This document shows positions 15,719-27,248 of a stretch of DNA of 64,000 nucleotides, piece by piece. Position numbers and translations under genes: made by a program. The notes under the pieces are model-generated. The model was not told the origin of the DNA. It searched no databases and saw nothing but the letters and a program-made list of their open reading frames with translations. Each line of letters opens with the position of its first letter. The first letter of the stretch is position 1. Origin of the DNA: an uncultured Bacillales bacterium (lineage in GTDB: Bacteria; Bacillota_I; Bacilli_A; RFN20; CAG-288); assembly GCA_937874465.1 (NCBI GenBank), contig CALNAX010000059.1, positions 26,000-89,999 on the forward strand. Reading direction: 5' to 3'.

Positions 15719-18082
15719 CTACCGCTTATCGCCTTCGCCAAAAGAAGAGACCAGGGACTTCAGACTATTGACCGATGCGTCATCGGTGGTGATTAGAAGG
15801 ACCTCATGGCCGGAATACTTCTCAAGATGCTGGGCAATGATATCGGGACTGGCGGAGATGTTTGCCAAATCGGCTCTCCCGATGAATATTATGCCAGCCT
15901 TGCCAGCCGGATACATCCTGACTATGGCGTCCCGGAACGCATCGGAATTGATTGGACCGGAACCTGCCTTATAGGCACAGACCACCAAATCGGTCAAGCC
16001 GTGACTAAGGATATCGTCCACTTCCTTGTAGAAGGAGGAATATTCGGGTATCAAGGTGATCTTGCCGGGATTGAGGGGCTTGTAGCCGTGGAAGGGATCG
16101 GCTGTGGGGCCACTTATGTAATGGTTCTCGTAATGGGGCAACTCCTTGTGAACCAAAAGGTACTTGATCTCCTCGGCGGTAATGGTCTCCTTTTGGATCA
16201 AGGCGTTGGCGATAAGCTCCACCTGATCCTTATGGGTCGTGATGATTTCCTTGGCCTTGGCATAGCATTCCTCGATGATCTTCCGCTCGGCCTCATCGAT
16301 CTCGTAGGCCACCTGGGCCGAGAAGTTGCGCTGCAGGTTGTTGTAATCCCTCCCCAGGAACACATCCTGGTTGGGGTTCTCGTATTGGATGGGGCCCAAC
16401 GAACTCATGCCATATTCGGTGACCATCGAGCGGGCAATCAAAGTCGCCTTCTCGAAATCATCGGAAGCTCCGGTCGATACATCACCGAAGAACACCTCCT
16501 CAGACACCCGGCCACCGAGATAGCCGGTTATGCGCGCCAAAAGCATCTTCTTGGTATAGAGGAAACGGTCACGATCAGGAGCCATCAAGGTATGGCCACC
16601 CGTGCGGCCACGGGGAATGATGGAAACGGACTGGACCTTGTCGGCATCAGGCAAGGTAAGGCCCACTATGGCATGGCCAGCCTCATGATAGGCGACCTGA
16701 CGTTTGTCGGCATCGTCCATATGGGTCTTCTTGGCAGGGCCGGCAATGCGCCGGTCTATGGCCTCGTCGATATCCGGCATGGTGATGCGGTCGCGGTTGT
16801 TGCGCACAGCCAAGATGGCCGCCTCGTTCAAGACGTTGGCCAGATCGGCGCCCGAGAAACCCACGGTTCTTGCGGCGATGCTGTTGAAGTCGATATCGGA
16901 AGCCAAGGGCTTGTTGCGGCCATGGACCTTCAAAATGGCCGCGCGGCCCTCCCTGTCGGGAAGATCCACGGTTATGGTCCTATCGAAACGCCCTGGACGG
17001 AGCAAAGCGGGATCGAGGATGTCGGCCCTGTTCGTCGCGGCCATCACGATGACCCCGGAATTGTCTTCGAAGCCATCCATCTCCACCAAGAGTTGGTTGA
17101 GGGTCTGCTCGCGCTCGTCGTTGCCACCGCCAAGACCGGCGCCTCTCTGTCTTCCTACCGCATCTATTTCATCGATGAAGATCAAACAGGGGGCGTTCTT
17201 CTTGGCCGTGTTGAACATGTCGCGGACGCGTCCGGCACCAACGCCGACGTACATCTCCACGAAATCGGAACCGGAAATCGAATAGAAAGGCACGGAAGCC
17301 TCGCCAGCTACCGCCTTGGCCAGAAGGGTCTTGCCGGTGCCGGGAGGGCCAACCAACAGAATGCCTTTAGGAAGCTTGGCTCCCATCTTCTTGTATTTCT
17401 CGTTGCTATGGAAGTACTCGACTACTTCCCTGAGCTCGTTGACCACCTCATCGCAACCGGCGACATCGGAGAAGCGGACCTTGGAACTGGTCTCGCGCTT
17501 GGCCCGGGACTGGTTGAAGCTCATGATTTGGCCCTGGCCCATGTTCATGGACCGACTCATGGCCCTCAGCAGGAACCAACCCAGCAAGGCAAAGACGACG
17601 ATGTACAAAAGAGGAGAAAGCCAAGACCAAACGCTGTTGGTCGACTCGATGGTCAAGCCGGAATAGCGGGTCGAGTCGAAGTACGCGCTTCCATCGCTAT
17701 TGGTGCGGGTGCTCATGACCTCAACTATCCAGTTATACTGGTTTTCGTCGAATGTGCCTTGGAAGCCCTTGGTGGTGTTGCTATCCACGTAGGTGCCGCT
17801 GACATAGTAGATGTTGTCGGATGAGGCGCTTTGCTCGATCGTAACGGTTTGGATGTCCTCGTCCTCTAGGAAGGTGGCAAACTCGCCATCGGGAACCCCG
17901 TCCCCACTGGTATCGGCCGTAATCTGGGTATTGGTGAAGGTGGTGACTTCCATGGAAGTGCTCGGCTGGATGACGGTGTAATAGAGAATCAACGTAACGG
18001 CCATAACGAAGATCAACGCCGTCAGGACCAACGACCAAACGCTGTTTCTCCTACCGCCGTTGTTACTGTTTCTTTCTGCCAT
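15719..18082 (-). CDS. ftsH: ATP-dependent zinc metalloprotease FtsH (787 aa) with a long extracytoplasmic loop and an extra 138-aa C-terminal domain
   Basis: The AAA+ motifs are Walker A GPPGTGKT, Walker B FIDEIDA and SRH. The zinc site is HEAGHA. There are two TM helices. Confidence 0.95.
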   Translation of the reverse strand: MAERNSNNGGRRNSVWSLVLTALIFVMAVTLILYYTVIQPSTSMEVTTFTNTQITADTSGDGVPDGEFATFLEDEDIQTVTIEQSASSDNIYYVSGTYVDSNTTKGFQGTFDENQYNWIVEVMSTRTNSDGSAYFDSTRYSGLTIESTNSVWSWLSPLLYIVVFALLGWFLLRAMSRSMNMGQGQIMSFNQSRAKRETSSKVRFSDVAGCDEVVNELREVVEYFHSNEKYKKMGAKLPKGILLVGPPGTGKTLLAKAVAGEASVPFYSISGSDFVEMYVGVGAGRVRDMFNTAKKNAPCLIFIDEIDAVGRQRGAGLGGGNDEREQTLNQLLVEMDGFEDNSGVIVMAATNRADILDPALLRPGRFDRTITVDLPDREGRAAILKVHGRNKPLASDIDFNSIAARTVGFSGADLANVLNEAAILAVRNNRDRITMPDIDEAIDRRIAGPAKKTHMDDADKRQVAYHEAGHAIVGLTLPDADKVQSVSIIPRGRTGGHTLMAPDRDRFLYTKKMLLARITGYLGGRVSEEVFFGDVSTGASDDFEKATLIARSMVTEYGMSSLGPIQYENPNQDVFLGRDYNNLQRNFSAQVAYEIDEAERKIIEECYAKAKEIITTHKDQVELIANALIQKETITAEEIKYLLVHKELPHYENHYISGPTADPFHGYKPLNPGKITLIPEYSSFYKEVDDILSHGLTDLVVCAYKAGSGPINSDAFRDAIVRMYPAGKAGIIFIGRADLANISASPDIIAQHLEKYSGHEVLLITTDDASVNSLKSLVSSFGEGDKR

Positions 18083-18231
18083 TGGCCGGCCTCCTAGATA
18101 GACGAACCTAAACGCTCAATAGATGATTATATAAGATAGATAGGACAATTCGACGACAATGTCTATTTATATACTCAATATTTTCATTTAGTTGGACCGA
18201 TTCAAGAATCGCTAAAGATAAATATGCAAAC

Positions 18232-18265
18232 AAAAAGGCCAGTTTTTCGAAAAGCTGGCCTTTTC
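18232..18265 (-). terminator. Rho-independent terminator after rpoC
   Basis: Minus strand AAAAGGCCAG-cttttcgaaaaa-CTGGCCTTTTT. Confidence 0.65.
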
Positions 18266-18278
18266 GCGAATCCAATCG

Positions 18279-21200
18279 CTACTTTGCGATAGCGGGTTTG
18301 ACAGAAGTGGAAGCGAGTGTAGGCTCTCCATCGTCATCATCGTCCTTGCTTGCAGCCGAAGCGGTGGCAGGGGCCGCGCCGGCCTTGCCAGGCTCTTGGA
18401 CATAGCCATAGCCCTGGATCTCCTCGGGGAAGAACTCGCTGTCGGTGAAACCGGATTCAAGGGACTCGAAGTCTTCCTTGGATTCGCGCTCCTTGGCCAC
18501 GAAGTCCTCTTTGGGATCGAGGGGGGCGATGCCGGTGCCGGCAGGTATGAGCTTGCCGATCATGACGTTCTCCTTCAAGCCCTTGAGGTAATCGGTCTTG
18601 CCTTGCAAGGTAGCATCGGTAAGGACCCTGGTGACCTCCTGGAACGAAGCGGCGGAAAGGAACGAGTAGGTATCCAGGGCAGCCTTGGTGACACCCAGTA
18701 TCATAGGGCGACCAACGGCCGGACGTTGACCGTGTTCGAGGGCCTTTTGGTTCTTGGAAGTGAAGTTGAGCAAGTCGGTCCTCATGCCGGCGATCAGATC
18801 GGTGTCGCCAGCATCGACGACTATGATCTTGGAAAGCATCTGCCTGACGATGACCTCGATGTGCTTGTCGGAAATGTTGATGCCCTGGGCGCAGTAGACC
18901 TTCTGGACCTCGTCGATGATGTAGCGGGCGACAGTGGCGGGATCGGTGTATTCCAGCAATTCCTTGGGATCGATGGAACCGAAGGTAAGAGGCTGGCCGT
19001 TGACCACGTGCTGGCCGTTGGTCACCTTGACCCTGGCGCCATAGTTGGTAGTGAACTGCTTGGACTCGAGTTTGTTGGTGACGGTGATGGCCCAACGATC
19101 GCCGACCTGCGATATGTCGGTGACGTCGCCTTCGATAGAGGAAATGGTAGCCTGACCCTTGGGGTTACGGACCTCAAGCAACTCCTGAACACGGGGAAGA
19201 CCCTGAGTGATATCGGAACCGGCAGTGCCACCTTCGTGGAAGGTACGCATGGTCAGCTGAGTGCCAGGCTCGCCTATCGACTGAGCGGCCATGATACCGA
19301 CGGTATCGCCGATCTTGGCCATCTCGCCTGTCGCCATGTTGCGGCCGTAGCAGTGGACGCAGACACCGTCGGAAGATTGGCAGGTGAGAAGCGAGCGAAT
19401 CTCGACGGTCTCCACGCCGGCGGCAGCGATCTTGGCGGTTATGCCCTCGTCGATGAACTGGTTGGCCTTGACGATGAGGTCGCCCTTCTTGTCATAAAGG
19501 TCGGTGGCAGCGAAGCGACCGAGGCAACGTTGAGCCAAGGAGACGACCTCCTTGCCATCGCTGTCCAAGACCGGACGGACCCAGATGCCGTGATCGGCAC
19601 CGCAATCCTCCTCGCGGATTACGACAGCGTGGGAGACATCGACCAAACGACGGGTGAGGTAACCGGAATCGGCGGTCTTCAAGGCGGTATCGGTAGAACC
19701 CTTACGGGCACCATGAGTGGCGATGAAGTACTCGCTGACGTCCATGCCATCGCGGAACGAATGCTTGACAGGTATCTCGAGAATCTTGCCATTAGGTCCG
19801 CTCATCAAGCCACGGATTCCAATCAACTGGACGAAGTTGTTTATGGAACCACGGGCGCCCGAGCGCGCCATCATGAAGACGGGGTTACGCGGATTGGCCT
19901 TCATGTAGCCATCGACCATGGATGTGATGGTGTCCTTGGCAGCGGTCCAGCGCTTGATTATGGCATCGTGACGCTGTTCGCCAGTCAAGACGCCTTCGTC
20001 GTAACGCTCCTGGATCTCGTCCACGTCCTTGTCGGCAGCGGCCACGACCTGCTCCCTTCCGGGGAGCGGGTTGATATCGGTGATGGAGATGGTGAGTCCC
20101 AACTTGGTGCAATAGAAGTAGCCAGTATCCTTGATGCGGTCGAGAAGCATGGCGGTACGGGTGGAGCGATAGCGACGGAACAACTCGTTGATTATCGAGG
20201 CAAGTTCCTTCTTGGAGACGGGTACGGTGGCGTTCCACTTGTCCTTGAAGTAGGTCGGGATATCGGTCCCCATCGGCACGAACCAACCATCGGAAGCGGA
20301 AACGAACGAGCCCTTGGCATGGGACGGAGCATCGTTGATGTAGGGGAAGTCGGAGGGGAACATGCTGTTGAAGATGAGCTTTCCGACCGTGGTCAAAAGG
20401 TACTCGGAGTTTTGCTTTGCGGTGAAGGAAGCCTTGTGCAGGGCAGCCGCAGGTATGGCCACGCGGTTGTTCATGTGGACCGCCTTGGCGTCATAGGCCC
20501 TCATGACCTCATCGAAGTCACGGTAGACGTGTCCGTCCATCAAGGCATATTCGCCGAAGCGCTCCGCATTTACGGTGTCGCCACGGGCAAGCGCCTCTTT
20601 CTGCTGAGCCAAGAAGTCGGCCGGAGCCTGCTCGGAGGTGAGGAAGTAGTGACCGACGACTATATCCTGGACAGGTATGGCCAAGACGGTGGCATCACGA
20701 GGCGAAAGGATGTTCTTGGTGGAGATCATCAAATCGAAGGCTTCCTGCTGGGCCTCCCTTGAAAGAGGGACATGGATAGCCATCTGATCGCCATCGAAAT
20801 CGGCGTTGAAGCCGGGGCAGACCAACGGATGAAGACGGATGGCGCGACCATCGACCAACACGGGCCTGAAGGCCTCGATGCCCAAACGGTGCAAAGTGGG
20901 GGCACGGTTCAAGAGGACCGGGTGGTTGGGGACGATCTTCTCCAACACGTCATAGACCTTGTCGTCGTAGCGTTCGATCATCTGGTCGGCCTGCTTGGTG
21001 GTGGAAGCATAGCGCTCCTTCATCAGTTCGCAGGCGATGAAAGGCTTGAAGAGCTGAATGGCCATCTCGCGCGGCAAGCCGCACTGGTCCATCCTGAGGA
21101 ACGGACCGACGCAGATGACGGAACGGCCGGAATAGTCGACACGCTTGCCCAAGAGGTTTTGACGGAACCTGCCGGACTTGCCCTTCAAGGCGGAAGACAA

Positions 21201-22322
21201 GGACTTGAGCGGACGGCCTTGGGTACCGGTGACGGGCTTGTTGCGACGGCCGTTGTCGATTAGGGCATCGACAGCTTCCTGAAGCATACGCTTCTCGTTG
21301 ACCATGATGACGGTCGGAGCCTTCATGTCGATAAGCTTCTTCAAGCGGGCATTCCTGATGATGACACGGCGATACAGCTCGTTGAGGTCGGATACGGCAT
21401 AACGGCCTCCATCCAACTGGGTCATAGGCCTGAGATCGGGCGGGATTACGGGGACGGCCTCCAGTATCATCCAGGATGGGTTGTTTGCGGAATTCCTTAT
21501 CGACTCGACGACCTCCAGGCGCTTCAGAAGCTTTTGGCGCTTCTGGTTCTTCTGGCCCTGGGTCTCCTTGAGCTCGCTTTCGATCTTGGTGAATTCGGCA
21601 TTGACGTCGATTTCCTTCAAAAGTTGCTCGGCCGCCTCGGCGCCCCAGCCGAACTTGGCGCCGGTGAACTTGGTGATGAAGTGGGAGGTGGAAATGAAAT
21701 CGTAAGTCTCCTGGTTGTTATGGAGATGTTCGATCAAGTCCTGGCAATGCCTCTTGTCCTCGGGCATGGCATCGGTGACGACACCCTGGTCGATGAAGCT
21801 GTTGAGGATGGTTATGAACTTCTCGCGTCCGTTCTTCTCATCCAAGACCTCCTTGTAGGCCAAAAGCTTGCAGGAGCCCGGATTGAGCACGATGTGGGAC
21901 TGGAAGTAAATGACCTCTTCCAGATCCTTGGGCGGGATGTCCAAAAGCAAAGCCATCTTCGAAGGAGTGCCCTTGAGATACCAGATGTGGGCGCAAGGGG
22001 AAGCGAGGTTGATGTAACCCATGCGCTCCCTGCGAACCGCCTTGGTAGTGACCTCGACGCCGCACTTCTCGCAGACGATGCCAGCGAACCTTATCTTCTT
22101 GTACTTTCCGCAATGACACTCATAGTCCTTGGCCGGACCGAAGATCCTCTCGCAGAACAAGCCATCGGGCTCGGGTTTCTGCGAACGGTAGTTGATAGTC
22201 TCAGCCTTGGTGACCTCACCGGCTCCGGGCTTCCCGTGCCTTTCGGCATAGGACCAATTCCTGATGGCCTCGGGTGATGCAAGGCCAATCTTTATCGAAG
22301 CCAATCTATCTAGATCGAACAT
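18279..22322 (-). CDS. rpoC: DNA-directed RNA polymerase subunit beta' (1347 aa)
   Basis: The catalytic NADFDGD motif and the zinc-binding Cys cluster are present. The start overlaps the rpoB stop as TGATG, with AAGGAGGG upstream. Confidence 0.97.
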   Translation of the reverse strand: MFDLDRLASIKIGLASPEAIRNWSYAERHGKPGAGEVTKAETINYRSQKPEPDGLFCERIFGPAKDYECHCGKYKKIRFAGIVCEKCGVEVTTKAVRRERMGYINLASPCAHIWYLKGTPSKMALLLDIPPKDLEEVIYFQSHIVLNPGSCKLLAYKEVLDEKNGREKFITILNSFIDQGVVTDAMPEDKRHCQDLIEHLHNNQETYDFISTSHFITKFTGAKFGWGAEAAEQLLKEIDVNAEFTKIESELKETQGQKNQKRQKLLKRLEVVESIRNSANNPSWMILEAVPVIPPDLRPMTQLDGGRYAVSDLNELYRRVIIRNARLKKLIDMKAPTVIMVNEKRMLQEAVDALIDNGRRNKPVTGTQGRPLKSLSSALKGKSGRFRQNLLGKRVDYSGRSVICVGPFLRMDQCGLPREMAIQLFKPFIACELMKERYASTTKQADQMIERYDDKVYDVLEKIVPNHPVLLNRAPTLHRLGIEAFRPVLVDGRAIRLHPLVCPGFNADFDGDQMAIHVPLSREAQQEAFDLMISTKNILSPRDATVLAIPVQDIVVGHYFLTSEQAPADFLAQQKEALARGDTVNAERFGEYALMDGHVYRDFDEVMRAYDAKAVHMNNRVAIPAAALHKASFTAKQNSEYLLTTVGKLIFNSMFPSDFPYINDAPSHAKGSFVSASDGWFVPMGTDIPTYFKDKWNATVPVSKKELASIINELFRRYRSTRTAMLLDRIKDTGYFYCTKLGLTISITDINPLPGREQVVAAADKDVDEIQERYDEGVLTGEQRHDAIIKRWTAAKDTITSMVDGYMKANPRNPVFMMARSGARGSINNFVQLIGIRGLMSGPNGKILEIPVKHSFRDGMDVSEYFIATHGARKGSTDTALKTADSGYLTRRLVDVSHAVVIREEDCGADHGIWVRPVLDSDGKEVVSLAQRCLGRFAATDLYDKKGDLIVKANQFIDEGITAKIAAAGVETVEIRSLLTCQSSDGVCVHCYGRNMATGEMAKIGDTVGIMAAQSIGEPGTQLTMRTFHEGGTAGSDITQGLPRVQELLEVRNPKGQATISSIEGDVTDISQVGDRWAITVTNKLESKQFTTNYGARVKVTNGQHVVNGQPLTFGSIDPKELLEYTDPATVARYIIDEVQKVYCAQGINISDKHIEVIVRQMLSKIIVVDAGDTDLIAGMRTDLLNFTSKNQKALEHGQRPAVGRPMILGVTKAALDTYSFLSAASFQEVTRVLTDATLQGKTDYLKGLKENVMIGKLIPAGTGIAPLDPKEDFVAKERESKEDFESLESGFTDSEFFPEEIQGYGYVQEPGKAGAAPATASAASKDDDDDGEPTLASTSVKPAIAK

Positions 22323-25300
22323 CAGTCACCCTCCTTTCCGTCATCATCGCCATTAGTGGAAGAAGAGTCATCGTTCTTCTCGGCATCCTTGAGGTCGTCC
22401 AAAGAGACGACATCGGAAGAATCGCCGTAGAGATCCTTGACATCGTCGCCAAGACGATGGGAAGCATTCTCCTTGGCTTCCTCGTCCTCGATGGAATAGT
22501 TGCGGGTATCGTGGATGATCTTGCGGGTTTCCTTGGCGTTCTCGGCCGTGATGGAATCCATGTCGATGGGCTTGTTGTCCTTGTCGAGAAGCTGGACGTC
22601 TATAGCCAGGCCCTGCAACTCCTTGAGCATGACCCTGAACGATTCAGGCATGGACGGACGAGGCACGGGCTGACCCTTGAGGATGGCTTCGTAGCACATA
22701 TTCCTGCCGACCATGTCGTCGGACTTGATGGTGAGCATCTCCTGCAAGGTGTGTGCGGCTCCGTAGGCTTCCAAAGCCCAGACCTCCATCTCGCCGAAAC
22801 GCTGACCGCCGTTTTGGGCCTTGCCGCCCAAAGGCTGCTGAGTGACCAAGGAATATGGTCCGGTCGCACGGGCATGAACCTTGTCGTCGACCATATGGTC
22901 GAGCTTGATCATGTACATGGTACCGACCGATATCCTGTTGTCGAAAGGCTCGCCGGTCTGACCATCGTAGACGACGGTCTTGCCATCAGGAGCCACGCCA
23001 GCCGCCTCCATCAAGGAAGCCAGTTCCTGGGTTGAGACACCATCGAAGACGGGAGTGGCGACCTTGAGGCCTAGCCGCTTGCAGGCTTCGCCCAAGTGGG
23101 TTTCCAAGATCTGACCGATGTTCATACGTGAAGGGACGCCCAACGGGTTGAGGAGCATGTCCATCGGGGTGCCATCGGGCAAGAAGGGCATATCCTCGAC
23201 GGGTACGAGCCTGGAAATGACACCCTTGTTGCCATGACGTCCGGACATCTTGTCGCCTTCGGAGATCTTTCTCTTCTGGATGATGTGGACCTTGACTTCC
23301 TCCATGACGTTGGGCGGAAGCTCATCGCCGCTGGAGCGCTTGAAGATCTTCACGTCCTGGACTATCCCGGCGCCGCCATGAGGCACCTTCAAGGATGAAT
23401 CCTTGCCCTCCTTGGTCTTGTCGGAGAAGATGGACTGAAGCAGTTTCTCCTCGGGGGTGAGTTGAGTCTCGCCCTTCGGGGTGATCTTGCCGACCAGGAT
23501 GTCGCCTTCCCTGACGACCGTGCCGGGGATCACGATGCCGTTCTCATCCAAATGGGACTTGGCTTCCTCGGAGATATTGGGGACCTCGCGGGTGAATTGC
23601 TCATTGCCGATCTTGGTCTTGCGCAGATCGATGGTGTATTCGTCGATATGGATCGAAGTGAAGGTATCGTCGCGCCGCTTCTGCTCGCACATCACGACTG
23701 CGTCCTCGTAGTCGTAACCGTGCCAAGTCATGAAGGCGATTGTCTCGTTCTGGCCCAAAGCCAGATCGCCGTGATCCATTGCGGGTCCGTCGGCGATTAT
23801 CTGACCGGCCTTCACATGGTCTCCTATGGCGACAATGGGAGTCTGGTTTATGCAGGTGGCTTGGTTGGCCTTGGCGAACTTCCTTAGCTTGTAAAGGACC
23901 TTCTCCTTGGTCTCGTCTTCCTCTATCTCGACCTTGGTGGCATCGACGTAGGTGACGGTCCCGTCGTTCTTGGCGACTACCGCAGCGCCGGAATCATGGG
24001 CGATCTTGTACTCCATGCCGGTTCCCACGAAGGGAGTGTGAGGCCTAAGCAAAGGCAAGGCCTGACGCTGCATGTTGGATCCGAGCAAAGCACGGGTGGT
24101 ATCGTCGTTCTCCAGGAAGGGAATGCAAGCCGCGGCGATGGAGACGATCTGCTTAGGCGAGACATCGATGTAGTCGACTTCGTCCCTGTCAGCCAGAATG
24201 GTATCGCCATCACGACGGGCAATGACCCTCTTGTCCAGTATCTCGCCATCGGGCGCGATGTTGATGTTGGCTTCGGCTATGGTATGGCCACGCTCCTGGT
24301 CGGCGGTCATGTACTCCGTCTCGTCCTGGATGACATGATGGTTGCGGACACGGCGGTAAGGAGTGGTTATGAAGCCATGTTCGTCAATCTTGGCATAGCA
24401 GGCCAAATTGTTGATCAAGCCGACGTTTTGACCCTCAGGGGTCTCGATAGGACAAATACGGCCGTAATGGGTGTAATGGACATCACGTACCTCGAAGGAA
24501 GCACGGTCACGGGAAATGCCGCCGGGTCCCAAGGCGGATATACGGCGCTTGTTGGTCAATTCAGCCAATGGGTTGGTCTGATCCATGAACTGGGAGAGCT
24601 GGGAAGAGTTGAAGAAATCCTTGATGTTGGAAGTCAAGGGCTTGATGTTCAAGACGTTGGAAGGCTTGGTATTGGCGGAATTGGGATCGGAAAGCAGGGC
24701 GATCATGCGGTCACGGATGGACTTCTCCATACGTGAGAGGCCCTGACGGAAATGCTCCTGAATCAACTCGCCGACGCATTTGACACGGCGGTTGGAAAGG
24801 TTATCGATGTCGTCCACATCCCCGATCCCGTCGATGACGTTGAGCATGTAGGAGAAGATGGCGAATATATCGGAGGCGGTGACATAGGAAACGGTCAGGT
24901 TGAGATCGGTCCCGACTATGTTCAAGACCTTGCCGGTAGGGGCATCGCCAGCATGGACCTTTACGAAATTGACCTTGCCATGGGTGTCCAAGGCGGTATT
25001 GATGTGGAACCAGTTGTCGGGGTCGGTACCGTCGAGTTGGCAGTTGCCCTTCTCGAAGAACTTCGCGTTAGCTAGCTTTTGGACATCCTCGTGAGTCAAT
25101 TGATGGCCATTCTCGAAAACGACCTCACCTGTGTCACCATCGACCAGGTCCTGCGCCAACACCCTGTTGGTCAAGCGGTTGTAGATACCGAGTTTCTTGG
25201 TCAGCTTGAAGCGGCCAGCCCGACCCAAGTCGTAATGTTTCTTGTCGAAGAAGCGAGTGTGGACCAAAGAGGTAGCCGAGGAATCGGTTATGGGTTCGCC

Positions 25301-26125
25301 GGGACGAAGCTTGGCGTAGATTTCCTTTACGGCGAGCTTGGCGATCTGGGACAGGTCACCGTTCTTGATGGTAGGCACCTTGAACTTGTCCAAGGTGTTG
25401 TCCAAAAGTTTGTTGCCATCACCAAACAGCTGATGGATGGTCAGATCATCGACCAAGCCCAAAGCCCTCATCAAGGTGACGGAGGCGACCTTGCGCTGCT
25501 TGTCGATGCGAACGGTCAAGACATCCTTGGCATCGGACTCAAACTCCAGCCAGGTACCACGCTGCGGGATTATGTCCGCACCGTAGATCAGCTTTCCGGA
25601 CTTGTCGCGTTCCTTGGAAAGATAGGCGCCAGGGGAACGGACGATCTGGGAGACTATGCAACGCTCGGCACCGTTTATGACGAAGGTGCCCGAATCGGTC
25701 ATGGTCGGATAGTCGCCCATGAAGACCGGCTCCTCGACGATCTTGCCATCGGGGAAGCGAAGCCTCATGGTCGCCGTGAGCTTGCGGCTGTAAGTCAGGT
25801 TCTTGGCCTTGGCCTCGAAGGGTCCGCCTTCGGGTGTCGGCTCGGACCACTTGAATGAACCGGGAACGTATTCCAGCACTATCTCCTTGGCGCTGGTGTC
25901 GCCCTTCTCCTCCTGCTTGAGCTTGGGGTCGATGGAACCGATGGGGAAGAAGTCGTTCAATTCGTCATCGATGCCCTTCTCCAAGAAGGACTGGAAAGAA
26001 TCAGTCTGGATCTCGCAAAGGTTAGGCAGTGCCAGTGCACCCGAAACCTTGGCGAAGTCGATACGATCATTATTCAATCTCTTGTAGTTGTCTATGAAGC
26101 TGATGTCTGCTTTGGTCTCACCCAT
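22322..26125 (-). CDS. rpoB: DNA-directed RNA polymerase subunit beta (1267 aa)
   Basis: The protein is RpoB-like throughout, including the rifampicin-cluster region FFNSSQLSQFMDQTNPL. The ATG at 26125 is preceded by GAGAGG; the ORF-track start at 26131 is TTG. Confidence 0.97.
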   Translation of the reverse strand: MGETKADISFIDNYKRLNNDRIDFAKVSGALALPNLCEIQTDSFQSFLEKGIDDELNDFFPIGSIDPKLKQEEKGDTSAKEIVLEYVPGSFKWSEPTPEGGPFEAKAKNLTYSRKLTATMRLRFPDGKIVEEPVFMGDYPTMTDSGTFVINGAERCIVSQIVRSPGAYLSKERDKSGKLIYGADIIPQRGTWLEFESDAKDVLTVRIDKQRKVASVTLMRALGLVDDLTIHQLFGDGNKLLDNTLDKFKVPTIKNGDLSQIAKLAVKEIYAKLRPGEPITDSSATSLVHTRFFDKKHYDLGRAGRFKLTKKLGIYNRLTNRVLAQDLVDGDTGEVVFENGHQLTHEDVQKLANAKFFEKGNCQLDGTDPDNWFHINTALDTHGKVNFVKVHAGDAPTGKVLNIVGTDLNLTVSYVTASDIFAIFSYMLNVIDGIGDVDDIDNLSNRRVKCVGELIQEHFRQGLSRMEKSIRDRMIALLSDPNSANTKPSNVLNIKPLTSNIKDFFNSSQLSQFMDQTNPLAELTNKRRISALGPGGISRDRASFEVRDVHYTHYGRICPIETPEGQNVGLINNLACYAKIDEHGFITTPYRRVRNHHVIQDETEYMTADQERGHTIAEANINIAPDGEILDKRVIARRDGDTILADRDEVDYIDVSPKQIVSIAAACIPFLENDDTTRALLGSNMQRQALPLLRPHTPFVGTGMEYKIAHDSGAAVVAKNDGTVTYVDATKVEIEEDETKEKVLYKLRKFAKANQATCINQTPIVAIGDHVKAGQIIADGPAMDHGDLALGQNETIAFMTWHGYDYEDAVVMCEQKRRDDTFTSIHIDEYTIDLRKTKIGNEQFTREVPNISEEAKSHLDENGIVIPGTVVREGDILVGKITPKGETQLTPEEKLLQSIFSDKTKEGKDSSLKVPHGGAGIVQDVKIFKRSSGDELPPNVMEEVKVHIIQKRKISEGDKMSGRHGNKGVISRLVPVEDMPFLPDGTPMDMLLNPLGVPSRMNIGQILETHLGEACKRLGLKVATPVFDGVSTQELASLMEAAGVAPDGKTVVYDGQTGEPFDNRISVGTMYMIKLDHMVDDKVHARATGPYSLVTQQPLGGKAQNGGQRFGEMEVWALEAYGAAHTLQEMLTIKSDDMVGRNMCYEAILKGQPVPRPSMPESFRVMLKELQGLAIDVQLLDKDNKPIDMDSITAENAKETRKIIHDTRNYSIEDEEAKENASHRLGDDVKDLYGDSSDVVSLDDLKDAEKNDDSSSTNGDDDGKEGD

Positions 26126-26284
26126 TATCAATACCTCTCTCTATGTCTACGGGAAGGTCTCGCCGGTAGCAAGGGGTCGCCATGCACTACGACCCCCGGC
26201 TGTCGGCTTCGTTTCCTTAAAACCTACAAACGCCCGGGCCATTTGGGCCGCGGGTCGGAAACTACTAACAAGACGACGGGGAGA

Positions 26285-26653
26285 CTACTTGACTTCGACG
26301 GTAGCGGAAGCAGCCTCGAGCTTCTTCTTGATCTCGTCAGCTTCGGTGGGAGAAACCTTCTCCTTGATCTTGGAAGGTACGACATCGACGAGCTTCTTGG
26401 CATCCATCAAGCCCAAGCCAGTGATGGCCTGAACAGCCTTGATGACGGCGACCTTGGAACCGGTGAAGCCAGTCAAAGTGACGGTGACCTCGCTGGGTCC
26501 TTCGGCCTTGGCAGCGGCGGCGGGGGCAGCGGCGACAGCCGCGGCGGCCTTGACGCCGAACTCAGTCTCGATGGCCTTTACCAAATCGAAGAGCTCGACT
26601 ACGGTGTACTCCTTCAAAGAGGCGATAATGTCTTCCTTGCTAACTTTTGCCAT
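26285..26653 (-). CDS. rplL: 50S ribosomal protein L7/L12
   Basis: 122 aa with an Ala-rich hinge and a conserved C-terminal domain. Confidence 0.95.
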   Translation of the reverse strand: MAKVSKEDIIASLKEYTVVELFDLVKAIETEFGVKAAAAVAAAPAAAAKAEGPSEVTVTLTGFTGSKVAVIKAVQAITGLGLMDAKKLVDVVPSKIKEKVSPTEADEIKKKLEAASATVEVK

Positions 26654-26687
26654 AATTATTGGTTTTCCTCCTGTGTGGCAACTACGA

Positions 26688-27248
26688 CTAAGCAGCCTTG
26701 GGGGCAGCGACAGCCGCGGGTGCGGCAGGGGCTTCCTTCTGCTTCTTCTCGGCGATCAACTTCACATCGATGGCGAGATTGCGCATACCGGCTTCCAAAA
26801 CCGAAAGCAGCATGGAGAGCAAGCCCTTCCTGCTTCCGGCAGCGCCGATCTCGGCCATGGACTTCGCATCCATGAAGGTGTGATCGATAAGACCACCCTT
26901 GATGACTGCGAACTTAGCGTTGTTGGCGCAGAAATCGCTCACGACCTTCAAAGCGGCGATAGGATCATCGCAGGTGATCAGGGCATTGGCCCCGACCAGG
27001 TACTTCTCCAGATCCTTGTCGTTCTCTTCGTCAAGAGCGCGCTTAACCAACGTGTTCTTCCTGATCTCCAAACCGGCCTTAACCGGCTTGTCATCGACCT
27101 TGACGTCACGCAAAGCGCGACGCAATTGGGTCAAGGAAGCGACGTCGAGTCCCTGATAGGACATGACGATCACGCTGCTAGCGGTCTTGAGACGGTCAGC
27201 GAGTTCCGCAACTTCAGCCTTCTTGGCTTCAAGTGTCTTGGGATTCAC
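26688..27248 (-). CDS. rplJ: 50S ribosomal protein L10
   Basis: 186 aa. GTG start with GGAGGT 8 nt upstream. It sits between rplA and rplL. Confidence 0.93.
   Translation of the reverse strand: MNPKTLEAKKAEVAELADRLKTASSVIVMSYQGLDVASLTQLRRALRDVKVDDKPVKAGLEIRKNTLVKRALDEENDKDLEKYLVGANALITCDDPIAALKVVSDFCANNAKFAVIKGGLIDHTFMDAKSMAEIGAAGSRKGLLSMLLSVLEAGMRNLAIDVKLIAEKKQKEAPAAPAAVAAPKAA

Noticed and set aside
15806-17824. Very long antisense ORFs opposite core genes: 672 aa opposite ftsH, 788 aa at 18396-20762 opposite rpoC, and 369 aa at 35916-37025 opposite ffh. Others are 364 aa at 29064-30158 opposite the aminotransferase, 308 aa at 13960-14886 opposite the permease, and 281 aa at 3252-4097 opposite the giant gene.
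   Set aside because: The sense-strand genes are unambiguous conserved proteins. The antisense translations are low-complexity (Gly/Asp/Leu/Val/Arg-rich) and lack RBS-linked starts. They are explained by codon bias that avoids TTA/CTA/TCA in the sense frame. They are compositional shadow ORFs, not overlapping genes.
26132-26284. An attenuator or terminator between rplL and rpoB. On the minus strand, the GC-rich bulged hairpin CCCGCGGCC-caaat-GGCCCGGG is followed by CGTTTGTAGGTTTT.
   Set aside because: The idea is plausible by analogy with the E. coli rplL-rpoB attenuator. However, the stem is imperfect and the U-tract is interrupted, so I cannot support it as a feature without folding energies or 3'-end data.
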